Shown in pieces: positions 37,151 to 51,515 of a stretch of DNA of 64,000 nucleotides (positions are counted from its first letter, which is position 1; the number at the start of each line of letters is the position of its first letter). Source of the DNA: Octopus sinensis. Lineage: Eukaryota. Location of the stretch: assembly GCF_006345805.1 (NCBI RefSeq), contig NC_042997.1, positions 12,462,001 to 12,526,000 of the forward strand, written 5' to 3'. The notes beneath the pieces were generated by a model that worked only from the letters and a program-made list of their open reading frames with translations, was not told the origin of the DNA and did not search any database. The position numbers and the translations under genes were made by a program.

Positions 37151-38567
37151 ATGCTGTATATCTGTTGAACACCGTGGTTGATGTAATCAAATCAACTCCC
37201 CCTCCCTCGGAATTGTTGCCCTTTTGCCAAATTTTGAAATCAATTTCTACAGAATGCTTTTTGGAGTAGTAGGCTAGAGATTTAGCGTTTGCTTGTTTTA
37301 TTATTATTATTAGTGCATCTGTATATAGCTAGTTCAAATTCTACTGAAGTAGACTTTACATTTCAACCAACCAGGGTTGATATAATTAGTACTTATCAAG
37401 TTCTACGTTTTGTTTAATCGGCTGAATCCCTCGTATCACAATGGATTAATTCTTATCCATGGTAGAAGTAAGGATTGTGATTAGCATTGATTATGGTGGA
37501 AGGTGGCAAGCTGGTAGATTAATTAGTACACCAGAAGAAATGCCTTGCCTTAATTCTTTCGGCTCTATTCATTCTAAGTTCTAATCCCGCTAAAGATAAT
37601 TTTGTTTTTTCTCCTTTCGGTGTTGATGAAATAATAAATTAACAGTCATGTCCTGGGGTTGATGTTATCGGCTACTCCCCATCTCCTCAAAATTATTAGC
37701 CTTGCACTTTACTCGGAAACCGTTATTGAATGCATGTATGGTACAATTTTTTTTCTGAGCGTTGGACAATGCTTCGTAGTATTTCCTGAGGTTGATTTTG
37801 TGCCAATACTGACAGCAATTATTACTATCACGAAGAAGGCTGATGATTGGTAGAATCGTTAGTACCTCGCTTCACTTATCTTTTGGTCCCTTTCCGACCT
37901 GATTTCAAAACTCACTGAAATTAGCTTCACCTCGATAACCTAAGTACAAAACAAATACTTGTTTATTCAAGTACATCTCTGTCCAAAATATGTAGAACTA
38001 TACATACATAAACATAGTAACATTGTATTTATGTTAAACCTGCTGCCTGTACGTATGTTACAGATGAATTTCATGGCGATTAGGTGGTAGTGGTAGTGGT
38101 GGTGGTGGTGGTGGTGGTGCGGAGAGCGGTCTGGTTGTCTACTAATTGACTGGTTGGTCATGTTATATCTGCATATCAAATATTGCATTTGCACTTATTT
38201 CCCTGGTGACTAGACAGAGATATCATCATCATCTCATCATCATCATCATCATCATCCTCATCATTATCATCATCACCGTCGTCGTCGTAACCGTTGATGT
38301 TGATGTTGTTGTTGTTGTTGTTTGCATACATTATTACATTTGATGCAATGATGTATGTTTTCTTTTTTTTCTTTTCTTCTTTTTTTCTTACTAACTTTTT
38401 TTTTATTTTTTGATAATTAAGAATTTTCTCTTTGCATTCTTTCAGCGCCTGCTGCTTTGAAATTGTTATGGTTGCAATTATATTATATTGTCATATATTA
38501 CATTATATACATATATGTGTGTGAGTGCGTGTGTTTCGTGTGTTTGTGTACATATATGTGTATATAC

Positions 38568-38634
<67 letters not shown>

Positions 38635-38688
38635 ATATATATATACGTATATATATATATACATATATATATTATACGTATATATACG

Positions 38689-38733
<45 letters not shown>

Positions 38734-38855
38734 ATATATACATATATATATGTAAATATATATATATATGTACGTATACACACACATATATGTATGTGTG
38801 TGTATGTATCTATCTATCTACCTGTCTCTCTCTCATTCTCTCTCCTCTCTCTCTC

Positions 38856-38893
<38 letters not shown>

Positions 38894-38906
38894 CAGACAT
38901 ACAGAC

Positions 38907-38983
<77 letters not shown>

Positions 38984-39449
38984 TATTCACGCATACATAA
39001 TTATTGTTATATTGTTTACCTGATGGCATGAGAATATACCTGCTTTCATACGTATTTAACTTCCTCTGCACATGAATCATGTGTGTATGTGTATGTGTGT
39101 GTGCGTGTGTGTGTGTGTGTGTGAGTGTATGTGTGTGCATATAATGCAATGTAAAATGAAGTTACGTGTATGTTCTTCAAACAGACTGCCGCCAGCTAAA
39201 ACTGATCTCCACAAGTGACTTCGCTGTGAAAATGACTGAACCACTTAAGTGTTGCCGTCTACCGCTTGTGTTACTGCGACTGTCACTGCTGCTGCTGCTG
39301 CTGTTGCTGATGCTGCTGTTGTTTCAGTTATTGCTGTCGGTAACTATTGCTGTGGACGTCAAAACTTTTGTTACTGACTCTCTACGGCTGCTGCTGCTGC
39401 TGATGATGATGATGATGAGGAGGAGGAGGATGATGTTATTTTGTTCTTG

Positions 39450-39803
39450 ATTTCGTCTGCCGTTCAAATTCCGCCGAGGTCGACTTTGCCTTTCATCCTT
39501 TCGGGGTCGATAAATTAAGTACCAGTTACGCACTGGAGTCGATGTAATCGACTTAATTCATTTGTCTGTCCTTGTTTGTCCCTTCTATGTTTAGCCCCTT
39601 GTGCGTAATAAAGAAATAGGTATTTCGTCTGCCGCTATGTTCTGAGTGCAAATTCCTCCGAGGTCGACTTTGCCTTTCATCCTTTCGGGGTCGATAAATT
39701 AAGTACCAGTTACGCACTGGGGTCGATGTAATCGACTTAATTCATTTGTCTGTCCTTGTTTGTCCCTTCTATATTTAGCCCCTAGTGGGTAATAAATAAA
39801 TAG
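39450..39803 (+). mobile_element. SINE family C head-to-tail dimer
   Basis: Two units. The junction near 39619 is identical to that at about 30367. Confidence 0.85.
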
Positions 39804-39837
39804 ATAATGTATGTCGTTGTTGTTTCTTATCTTTGTT

Positions 39838-40080
39838 TACTCTTTTACTCGTTTCAGTCATTCGACTGTGGCCATGCTGGAGCACCGCCTTTTAGTCGAG
39901 CAAATCGACCCCAGAACTTATTCTTTGTAAGCCTAGTACTTATTCTATCGGTTTCTTTTGCAGAACCGCTAAGTTACGGCGACATAAACACACCAGCATC
40001 GGTTGTCAAGCGATGTTGGTTAGGGGGGAGGACAAACACAGACACTCAAACATACACACACGCACACACACACACACACT

Positions 40081-40126
<46 letters not shown>

Positions 40127-40502
40127 CGACGGGCTTCTTTCAGTTTCCGTCTACCAAATCTACTCACAAGTCTTTTGGTCGGCCCGAGGCTATAGTAGAA
40201 GACACTTCTATTGGTCTCTTTTGCCGAACCGCTAAAGTTACGGGGACGTAAGCACACCAGCATCAGTTCTCAAGCGATGTTGGGGGACAAACACAGACAC
40301 ACAAACACATGTACACACGTACACATAAATATATATATATACATATATACGATGGGCTTCTTTCAGTTTCCGTCTACCAAATCCACTCACAAGGCTTTGG
40401 TCGGCCCGAGGCTATAGTAGAAGACACTTGCCCAAGGTGCCACGCAGTGGGACTGAACCCGGAACCATGTGGTTGGTAAGCAAGCTACTTACCACACAGC
40501 CA
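39838..40502 (-). mobile_element. SINE family A with internal tandem duplication
   Basis: One head (to 40502) and one tail (from 39838). The middle block from cttttgc.gaacc to agaagacact is present twice. Confidence 0.85.
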
Positions 40503-40581
40503 GGTCATGAATGTTGTAGGGGTTACATAATAGTGATATAAGATGGCGATGACCATAATCATCAGCCACATCATCATACTG

Positions 40582-40981
40582 TTTCTTCTTCTTCTTCTTC
40601 TTCCAATCAAGAATCACGCCATTAGCAACAAAGAGTAATCTCTAATCCTTATTCCGTAAACGGTGGCTTTTAACGGGTGGAGAGCTGAACCATCCTGGGG
40701 TACAGAGGATTCGCAATCTAGACTAGGGTCTGAAAGTTTACCACACCATAGTGGGTTACACCATGGTTCCTCTGCTCTGTGGCAGAAGTACGAAGAAAAA
40801 GTGAGAGAAAGTTTTGGTGAAGGAATTCAGCGGGGATTCACCACCACCACCACAGCCGGAGCCTCGTGGAGCTTAGGTATTTTTGCTCAATAAACACTCA
40901 CAATGCCTGGTCTGGGAATCGAAACCGCTCTCTTACGACCGCGTGTCCGCTGCCCTAACCACTGGGCCATTGCGCCTCCAC
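40582..40981 (-). mobile_element. SINE family B with tail type 3 ending in (GAA)n
   Basis: Head and core match 19290-19476. After ctttctctcact the sequence is unrelated and ends in gaagaagaag. Confidence 0.75.
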
Positions 40982-41153
40982 TGCTGCTGTTGTTGCTGTT
41001 ATTGTTGTCGTCGTCGTCGTTCCGATTGTGATTTGCTGATTTTGTTTTTGTTGTTCTGGTAAACTTTTTTCCCTCACCACGCTCAGCGCAGCCACTCTCT
41101 CTCCTCATTTTGCTCCTATTCCTCTTCTTTTCGTCGTTCTACTACTACTACTA

Positions 41154-41220
<67 letters not shown>

Positions 41221-41451
41221 ACTACTACTACTACTACTACTACTAATAATAATAATAATGATACTGTTGCTGCTGCTACTACTACTATTACTATTACTGC
41301 TGCTACTGGTGGTACGTGTTATTCGTTCTACCCTTTTGTTTCATTGTGATATAATAGTTTTTGGGTCGTTATTAATGCAACTTTGCATTCACTTCCCTCT
41401 CCGCTTTCTCATATTTTCCCACAATTTTTAGTGGTGTTATTACGATTTCAA

Positions 41452-42430
41452 GGAAGCCGGTATTTCGTCTGCCTCTACGTTCTGAGTTTAAAATCCATCG
41501 ATGTTGCCTTTGCCTTTCATCCTTACGGGATCGATAAAATAAGTATCAGTTGAACACTGAGGTCGATGTAATCGACTTAACTCCCTTACCAAAATTGCTG
41601 CCTTTGTGCCAAAATTTGAAACCATTTAGGCAGCGGGCTAGCAGAATCGTTAGCACGCCGGGCCAAATGCTTACCGGTATTTCGTCAGTCGCTTCGTTTC
41701 GAGTTTAACTCCCGCCGATGTCGACTTTGCCTTTCATCCTTTCGAGGTCAATAAATTAAGTACCAGTGAAACACTGGGGTCGATGTGATCGACTAGTCCC
41801 CTTCCTCAAATTTCAGGCCTTCTGCCTATAGTAAGAAGGATTATTACGGCTTCAGCCATTCAACCATTACGGTTTACTTGCATAATCTGCGTTTCAATTA
41901 CACGCCTTCGTTGCATAGTGTTATTTTGCTGGGTGGCTTATGTCCCTCATATTAAATCCCTTGTTAAAAAGAGCGAGCACTATATGAAGGTGAGCTGGCA
42001 GAATCGTTAGCGTTCCTGGCAAAATGATTAGTGGTATTTCGTCCGTCTTTACTTTCTGGGATCAAATTCTGCCGAGTTCAACTTTGCCTTTCATCATTTC
42101 GAGGTCGATAAAATAAGTCCTAGCTGAACACTGGAGTCGATGTAATCGACTTCACCACTTTCCTGAAATTGCTGGCCTTGTGCCAAAATTTGAAACCAGT
42201 ATAGGATCACATTTTAGAGGACGAGCTGGCAGAATCATTACGGCGTCTGAAGAAATGCGAAGCAGCATTTCTTCCGCCTTTACATTCTGAGTTCATATAC
42301 CGTCAGAGTGAACTTTGCTTTACACCATTTCGGGCATTATAAAATATGCACCAGTTGAATACTAAGCTCAATGTAATCGACTCTCCCCTTCCTTTCAAAT
42401 TGCTGGCCTTGTATACCAAAATTCGAAACT
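41452..42430 (+). mobile_element. Cluster of four same-orientation SINE family C copies
   Basis: Units at about 41452-41625, 41629-41845, 41989-42198 and 42219-42430. The last three start with the gagctggcagaatc-type head and the first is 5'-truncated. Confidence 0.85.
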
Positions 42431-42486
42431 AATATATAACCATTATTTACAATTGATGGATATTTGTCCTCACCTTGTTTGTTGTT

Positions 42487-42532
42487 AACACAACGTTTCA
42501 GCTAATACACCCTCCAGCCTTCATCAGGTGTC
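42487..42532 (-). ncRNA. Type I hammerhead, canonical core, dimer-type helix III
   Basis: gacac CUGAUGA A GGCUG gaggguguau UAGCU GAA ACGU U guguu. The triplet is GUU. Confidence 0.75.
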
Positions 42533-43334
42533 TTGGGGAAATTTCGAACCTGGGTTCTCATTCCTAAGGTATTTTTCGATGTGGTCTCCAATTGTTCATA
42601 CATGATCAGCTATACCCCCAAAACATACTCTCCACTACAATTATGAAGAAAAGAGAGGATGAGGCCAATAAACTGTCTACAGTCTGTCTACCCTACGTGA
42701 AAGGCCTCTCCGAAAAGATACAAAAGATATACTGCCTATATGACATCAAGACAATATTCAAAAGTAATACAACACTTCGCAAATATCTCCTTCGAGAAAA
42801 CCACCAATAAACGAGAATATGACTAAGAACTGCGTGTTCTCCATCCCATTCAGCTGTGGTAGGTTATACAAAGGCGAAACATGCCGCCCCCTCAAAATAA
42901 GGGTAGATGAACATCGCAAAGCTGTGACACGGGGAGATATGGATAAATCGGGTATAGCTGATAATGTATGGAAAAATGGAGACCACCTCCCCCTGTGGGA
43001 TGAAGTTAAATTAATAGACAGAGAACACCACTTGAAAATACGAAAACTAAAAGCAGCATATATGCTAGGACACAACAACCTCCTAAGCAGACCGAGTGGA
43101 GACATGAACAGCATATGGGAACCAGAATTAAGGAAGGGTAGGAGAATATTAGATTTATAAGCCCTAAAATTCACTCCATAATTGCCCACGCGCATAAGGC
43201 GTAGTGGTTAAGAGCGTACGCTACTAACTCCAAGATTTCGAGTTCGTAATAATAATAATGATAATGATAATAACAACAACAGCAACATCAAAAAATACCT
43301 AAGTAATGAGAACCCAAGTTCGAAATTTCCCCAA

Positions 43335-43380
43335 GACAGCTTATGAAGGCTGGAAGGTATATCAGCCGAAACGTTATATT
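43335..43380 (+). ncRNA. Mutated mirror copy of the family Y hammerhead
   Basis: gacag CUUAUGA A GGCUG gaagguauau CAGCC GAA ACGU U auauu. G5 is changed to U and helix I is damaged, but helix II is perfect. Confidence 0.5.
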
Positions 43381-44230
43381 AACAACAAACAAGATGAGGA
43401 CAAATATCTGTCAATTGTAAATAATGTAAATAACGTACATAATTCTTCATCTCTTAAATATAGAACTACAATATATGACCACATCTATGTGGATTTTTTT
43501 TTGTTGAAATGCCACCGGTGTCTATTTAAAAAAATATTTCACTGACGTCGATAAAATACAGAGGCGAGACAATCAAAAAGTTTGATACCGTAGATTATAT
43601 CTTCTCTCCACCAACGTAGAAATCCGGGAAGGCAGACAAAAAGAAGTAAATCTGAAGTCTCTACAAGCAGAGTTCTAGTAGCAACAAGGCCTAACATTGC
43701 CTTGCTTGTCATTTCTCTGGAATCGATAAATACCCAGTAAATAATAATGTAGCAACGGAGGCAGAATTGATTCTCTCCATAGAAAAAGAATTCTGTTTCC
43801 TGTGTATATACATGCATTTATTTTTCTACCGTTACTCTTTCGCTATGGTTCTGTAAATGTTCCCTGTCAAAATATTGCTCTTTATATAGTCTGTGCCTAG
43901 CAGCCATTTTAAATATCCTACAAATATTATTATTTGCGAAGAAGCAACAACGTCACACCATATATGAATAATGTTGATCAACAATTGAGAGATTGATTCT
44001 TTTGATCGTGAATTGACAAAGCTCAACGGTTAATAGAAATATTTAGGACGGCCTACTGGGATTGCGTTAAGTGGTGCACAGCAAGCATGAATACAAGTTG
44101 TTTATCTTGTTTATTACAATCTGGTAATGGTCCCTATTATATTCTCAACCTATAACTCGAGGCCAAGTTTGGAGGTAAATTTTTGACAGAAAACGACTTA
44201 TGTACATATATATGCATTAATACATACATA

Positions 44231-44281
<51 letters not shown>

Positions 44282-44339
44282 CACGCACACACACACACAC
44301 ACACACAAACACACATACACACACACAAAGAGAGAGAAA

Positions 44340-44536
<197 letters not shown>

Positions 44537-45333
44537 TATGTGCGTGAGTACGTATATTACATACGTGTGTAAGAGTTAGGCGTTTGGAATGTTTTCTAAT
44601 TTATTCAAAAGAAATAAACAAGGTTACAATGCTGAAAATTTGATTTTAAAAATAGTTTTAAGTTTATCGACCGTGGTAAAAAAATAAATCTTCCAAAGAG
44701 TTAAAGATGTAAGTTTGCTATGTTACTAATTAATAAAGTATATGTATGTATGTGTGCATGCATGTATGTATATGTGTGTGAATGTATGTATGTGTCTTCT
44801 ACTTTTTAACAAAGTTACTAAGCTCCCTTTGTAGTTAATATGCAAGACTTTTCTCAAGTTCCAAATGTGAGAAAAGTCTCGCATATTTTTACTATTCCAC
44901 TCACAGATTGCACTTGTAATGTACGAATCACCGGTCAATTTCTCTTTATAAAACTCCCAGTTTAAGCATTTACTAACAAAACCTCATGCTCCAATTATTA
45001 TTGGTGTAATCATTGAATTCATAGTCTGGATAAGGAAATTGGAGGTTTCGAAGCAGTTGTCCATAAATATGCCCTTTTTCTTTGTTTTCAAAACGATATA
45101 TCTGCAGGCAGGTTACAATCTATGATGGCACATACCTTTGCCCCTCTGTCCCAAACAGCATCCGGCATGTTATGTTTACATCTGACAGAGGTTTTGATGG
45201 GAATATTCCACCAGTATTCCTTGAGTTCGTGTATGTATGTACGTATGAAGGAATGCATGTATGTATACTTATGTCTACGTATTTATGAATGCAGTATCTA
45301 TCTCTATCAATCTCCATATATATATATATATAT

Positions 45334-45730
45334 ATCTTTATATATAAAAGTCAAGTTGTGTGTCAGTCTCCTACGATTTAGATTCCTAACTACTCCCACA
45401 TTTTGCGGTGCAGTTTAACCAAAACCGGGTATCTTATAGTCGTGATTCATATCGAGCCCTTCTGGGTATTAGCTCGCGTCTACGATGAGTCTACGATTTA
45501 AAAAAAAATTACCATCATTTTTCTCCATTTTAATGCATTTTTTCGCTATTATATAAGGGAAGTAACTCTCTAAAAATGTCTACAATGAGTCAACGATTAA
45601 AAAAAAATTTACCATCATTTTTTTCCCATTTTTAATGCATTTTTTGCTATATTTTGGCTATAACCCTCTAAAAATACTTATATAGTTATTTCCCTTACAA
45701 ACCCGAGCAACGCCGGGCGATACTGCTAGT
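45334..45730 (-). mobile_element. Helitron-like element, second copy
   Basis: Reverse complement of 33806-34201 with near-identical core blocks and a small internal duplication. Confidence 0.65.
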
Positions 45731-45774
45731 ATATAATATAATATAATATAATATGATATAATATTAGTGCAATT

Positions 45775-46590
45775 CTAGACTTAGAATCAGTGCATGATCT
45801 GGTAATCCACATGAGTTGTAATGCAACATTCTATGTACATATTGCCAGGTTGACAACAGTGTGTAGGCGAGCAGCCGGATCATTCAGAACCAGAAATAAG
45901 TTTACCTTGCTACTCCTAAGGAGGAACAACTGTCCTCAGTCTTTTGGATTACTGCTCCCAATTGTGGTCACCGCACAGCGTCAAATTGGTGGCGAAACTT
46001 GAGGCTATCCAGCGCCACTACACAATGGAGATTGACTCAGGGGAACAGATGAGTTATTGGGAGAGGCTACACGGACTGAAGCTCTAATCTCCGGGAGAAA
46101 TGCATGCAATGATATATCCCGTCACTTAGCGGTTCGGCAAAAGAGACCGATAGAATAAGTACTGGGCTTCCACAGAATAAGTCCCGGTGTTGATTTGCTC
46201 GACTAAAGGCGGTGCTCCAGCATGGCCGCAGTCAAATGACTGAAACAAGTAAGAAAAAAAAAATATATGGAAATTCCTGAAAGGTCTACCTCCCAACTTA
46301 GGAATTAAAAGCTATACCAACCACCCAACGAGATAGCAATGCATAATACAAAGATACGGCCTTTTTCATCCCAGGTAAGGACCCAATATTGTAACAGGTA
46401 AAAACGATCAAAAAGCACCTGGACAAATTTCTGTCTGAAATCCCAAATGAGCCCACATCACGGCAGGAGGCACAAAGAAGTGCAGCTTCGTCTAACTCGC
46501 CTTTTCACCAAAAACAGTACCGAAAAAGACCCCGAAACATTGAAAGGCAGTGCCTAGCATAGCCCCACCCTCTGACTGAAACCACACACA
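45775..46590 (+). mobile_element. CR1/L2-like LINE 3' fragment interrupted by SINE A
   Basis: VHDLVIHMS, LEAIQRHYT, YWERL, KHLDKFLSEIPNEPTSRQE and the tail ggcagtgcctagcatagcc...gactgaaac. Confidence 0.8.
46118..46262 (+). mobile_element. 5'-truncated SINE family A inserted in the LINE
   Basis: Near-perfect match to 20812-20950. atatat lies on both sides. Confidence 0.9.
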
Positions 46591-47139
46591 CATACACATA
46601 TATTGAGAAAAAGGAGGCAGTCAGAATTATGGATAATTCTTTATTAGCGCTTTCGTTCTTTCATCGAACTCAAAGCAAAATCAAAATGGTAAAAACAAAA
46701 GGTTTTGTGGTTCATTTATATGAATCGGAGGTTTGTTTTCTTTGTTTAGAAGAGGAGAATATTGTTTTAGTTTTTTGGAGATAAAGGGGAAAGAGAGAAA
46801 GGAAAGCAAAGTGGTGGGGAAATAGAGAACAAGGAGGAAGAGAGAAAAAATATACATACAAAACACATTTATGACGTTTGATTAAATGTACATAGAGAAT
46901 AGATTCAATTATAAACAATACCAAATTATTTTTTTATATTCTGACTTTATTTTCCTAATTTATGAATATTGTACTAATATTTAATGTTTGTTCATGCAAA
47001 ACATGGAATTACACAGAATATGGGACTTGGCTTTACAAGTGTAAAGGAATATACATTTTCATAGGACTTTGAACTTTGAACTCTTTTCAATTTTCAGTGA
47101 TGACCGCATCCTTTCCCTCTTTTCTTATTTCTTCCATCC

Positions 47140-48660
47140 TACTTCCTAAAATTGACATCTTAAAATGACCACAGCCTTTGTGAGAAAATACTGGAAATTC
47201 TAACAGACTAAACCTACTACAAGGAGGATCCAAGACACCCAGAAAAAGCAATAATGAATAAAATCAAAACACTAATTAATGAATACCAAGATTCCTTCAC
47301 AGCCGAGGAGAAAGATTATTTATACAACTCTGTAATCAAAGAGAGCAATTCCTACAATTTCTACGGATTACCCAAAATCCACAAAAGCCACGAAGTACAG
47401 AGCCATAGATGAGCAGAGGAACCAATACATAAAAATACTAAGACCCACTGAGAGACTAATTGTTACTGGGCTTCAATCACCAACACAACAACTGAATCAT
47501 TTTTGGACATACTCGTAAAACTATTATGTCCCTTATTAGCCAGCTATATACGGGAGGGCATAGATTTCCTCTAGCACATTCCACCCACTGTCCCAGAAGT
47601 TACTATACTTACAAGCTTTGAAGTCTCTAATCTTTATACCAATATACCTCACACTTTAGGCCTGGAAGCAGTCAACACTGGGTAGAGAAACATAGAGGAC
47701 GGATAAATGAACGCTTGAAAACTGACTTCGTCACCAAGGCCACACGCCTGGTGCTAGAACAAAACACTTTTAGATTCGATAATAAAACATATCAACATGT
47801 TAAAGGGCACGGCTATGGGGACGCAGTTTGCACCCTCATATGCTAACCTAGTCAAGGAATACTTGGAATAAAAGCTGTATAGTAGAGAGTGCTTTTAATC
47901 ATGATTGCAAGAAATACGTTATTAGAAAGTGGAAACGCTTCCTCGATGACTACTTCATTTTTTGGGACAAATCAAATGAGGACCTATTTTACAAAAAAGA
48001 AAAAAAAACGGATACGCACCAATATTTGAATATCTACTCTTGCCATCCAACCCACATCAAACGGGACATTCCATACAGCATGGCAAGACGAATCTGTACT
48101 ATAGTGATTGACCCCAAAATACGTCAAATCCGACTCAACGAACTCAAAGAATTCCTAACAAAGCAGAAATACCCCTTACGATCAATAAACAAGGGGATTA
48201 AGTAGGCAATGAAGCTGAGCATCACACAACCAAGGACACCAGAGGAAAAACATTAATGGACACAAGATTTCATTTATCAACACGCACAATCCTGGGGTAG
48301 CCAATATCTTTCACACCATAATATCAAACTTGCCTATACTTCTACAAAGCAACAAAATGAAAATTTTGATTGATAAAAAAATCCTTACGAAGCAGTAGAC
48401 GCCAACTAACAATCTCAAAAATCACCTCACGCGAGCAAAATTCACATCTGAGAACAAAACAAAATTCTCCAAAAGAATGTGGAGGAAGCAGATGAAGAAC
48501 GTGCAACAACAACATTAAATACTTAGAAAGTGATTTCCACATAAAATTCAAGAGGGGATTCCCCTTCAAATTAAATGCAGATATGAACTGCAAGACGCAG
48601 ATTCTAATATACCGCAAATTACATTCACGAAACAAACAATTCCCTATGCCAACTACACCG
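47140..48660 (+). mobile_element. Neptune-type PLE RT region, decayed
   Basis: FYGLPKIHKS, NLYTNIPH.LGLEAV, LVLEQNTF.FDNK, GTAMGTQFAPSYANL, WKRFLDD, SCHPTHIKRDIPYSMARRIC. Many stops and frameshifts. Confidence 0.85.
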
Positions 48661-48951
48661 CAACAAAAATTTCTCTACAAAAATTAAATGTTTGAAAGTG
48701 AAGCAGAGGAACTACATTTTTATCGATGATAAATCTCAGAGCGAGTTATAAACAGTAGCGGTAACACATCGTGACGCATATTTGCCATTTGAATATGGTT
48801 AACCCCTAAGGGTGGATGCTACTGTACATTTTTATCGTTATTTTTTAACGATAAGGATGCTGGATGAAGAGAAAACGTTTATATTACACTGCTACTGTTG
48901 TTTCTGAATGAGGCTCCAATGTTAATAACATGATACTCATCTCTATGAATG

Positions 48952-48996
<45 letters not shown>

Positions 48997-50547
48997 ACAT
49001 AGGGATTTTGTAAACAGTTGTTCTTATAGAGCTTACATGTACCCGATTTTTATATGCTCTGATGCTGCTTATAGTCCAGGTGTTAAAAGTATAAGGATTT
49101 TCGACAGGCAGCCAACAAGGGATGTGAACAATTGTTGTTTTGTTTAAGACATATGTTGTGAACTATTGGCACCTTACGTTCATCCTTTCGTTATGGTTCT
49201 CAATTGTGATCTTGGTTCTTTTTGGGTTCTGTTGCTTTTGACTGGCCTGTATGAAGTTAATTTTTTTTTGGACCGTTAATTGATTAGAATGTATGAATAA
49301 TAAGCATCTGTTATCGACTGGGTTTAAATTTCAACGTTTGCATGCATCTTAGTTCGCTCGAATTAGTATGTCGTTAGAAGTGTAAGTAAGCATCTGTGTT
49401 TTACTGAGTGAATGTTTGCATACGTATATCATACGTGTAACATACACAGAGAAACTTCTCAGTGGCAGAGAATGAAAGATCACCTACACTTCATGCTTCT
49501 TCAGGTGCTTCTGTTTGTACACACAGATACGTATCTATGTATAGAGGTATGAATGTATGTATATTTGTATGTATAAATATTTATGTGTGCTCGAGATATA
49601 TCTCTATATGCATCACTGGTGCTGGTCTACGTATTCACACACATATGCCATATACAGTGTGAAAAATTTGGAATTAGAAATACGCAATGAATTATGTAAT
49701 ACATACATATATATACGTGTATATATATATATATATAACATATATACATAGCTTCATGTATATATATATGCATATACACATACAAATATTTATATATATA
49801 CATATATATATATACACATACGTTCAAACTTCTTCGTACGTAGATCACTCAGATGTATATAACTACATACATCAAAACACACAAAATACACGCACTGACA
49901 CGCACACAAACACACACACACGCACGTACGCACACACATGCATACCACACACATAAAGAAGTATACATTCTGTTTTATATTCCATATTTGAATTTCGCGT
50001 ATTCTTTAATTGTATTTGATCTTACCATAAATTTGAAATAATTTCTATTATGGTATTGTGTATATTCAGAGCAACAGCTGCGAAGACCTGGGGACATGAG
50101 CGCTTTGAGTAATGCATTTTAGCTTTCCAAATAAATAATGTTGATAAAAATTAAAGCTATTCACCTTATAGCAGTGATAACAAATACCAATGCAAATATA
50201 TAGTACACGTGTGCAAAAAGAACACAAAATGTAAAAATACAAAAATAATACAGGAAAAGGAAAAACGAAAGGTTAATAACAAAATTAGGAATGGCATCAA
50301 AAAGAATATTTCATACATTTGCATATGAATTTTTATCACGTTTATTCCCAGGAACATATGTATATACTTACGTACGTGTGTATGTATGTATGTATGTATG
50401 TATGTATGTATGTATGTATGCATGTATGTATAGTATGTATGTATGTATGTATATATGCATGTATGTAAGTGTGTGTGCATGTTTATTGGTTTACATATGC
50501 ATATCCGCATATTCGTTTGTGTGTCTATATTATACATACATATGTGT

Positions 50548-50611
<64 letters not shown>

Positions 50612-50647
50612 GAGAGAGAGAGAGAGATACAGAGAAAGACATGAGGG

Positions 50648-50683
<36 letters not shown>

Positions 50684-50983
50684 TGTGTGTGTGTGTGTAT
50701 GTGTGTGTGTGTGTGTGTGTGTATTTACATTTACAAACTATAAGTATATCTTTAATATGCATATGTGTGTATATCTGTATACACACTTGAAGAAGTATAC
50801 TTAGCAATTTCCCAAATGTTTTATATTATATGTATCTCATATACAGACACAAACTGAAAACGCACAATCTCACACACCCGAACACAACCACATGAACACA
50901 TGTACTATGCATCAATATTATATATATATATATATATAATACACGTACACCTGCAAAGACGCACACATATATATATATATAAG

Positions 50984-51020
<37 letters not shown>

Positions 51021-51515
51021 TATATATATATATAGATATATATATATAGAGAAGAGAGCGAGAGAGAGAGCGAGAGAGAGAGAGAAGAGAGGAGCGAGAA
51101 GAGAGAGCGAGCGAGCGAGAGAGAGAGAGCGAGCGAGCGAGAGGGAGAGAGAGAGAGAGTGTGTGGGTGAGTAAATGATTGAGAAAAATGCGGCAGTGGT
51201 AGATACGTAAATAAAATTTGATGTAAAGCTATAATGATTGGAAAAGAAATTATTAGGCAGAATAATTGTTAAAATATGATACGCTATACCGAGAAGTAAT
51301 ACTTTAGGGATGTGGGCGAAGGCATGTTTACCTCTACCAATATATTAATGTACATACATACACACAGAGTCTCACACAAACACACACGCACACACACATT
51401 TATATATATGCATATGTATGTGTGTATCAATATGCGTGTCTATATAAGTTTGCGTATATATGTTTATGTGTGTGGGTATATATTGTTTATAAACAATCGC
51501 CCATTGTGCCCCCAA

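Larger units (their letters stand above)
42441..43426 (+). mobile_element. Penelope/Poseidon-type PLE 3' fragment bracketed by inverted terminal repeats (family Y)
   Basis: Arms at 42441-42582 and 43285-43426 are inverted. The interior encodes VCLPYVKGLSEKI, CVFSIPFSCGRLYKGETCRPLKIRVDEH, SGIA..VW and W.EV..ID.E. A tRNA-like SINE head lies at about 43185-43246. Confidence 0.85.

Noticed and set aside
43500-44150. Coding-looking segment after the family Y element
   Set aside because: No recognisable motif in the frames examined, and multiple stops.
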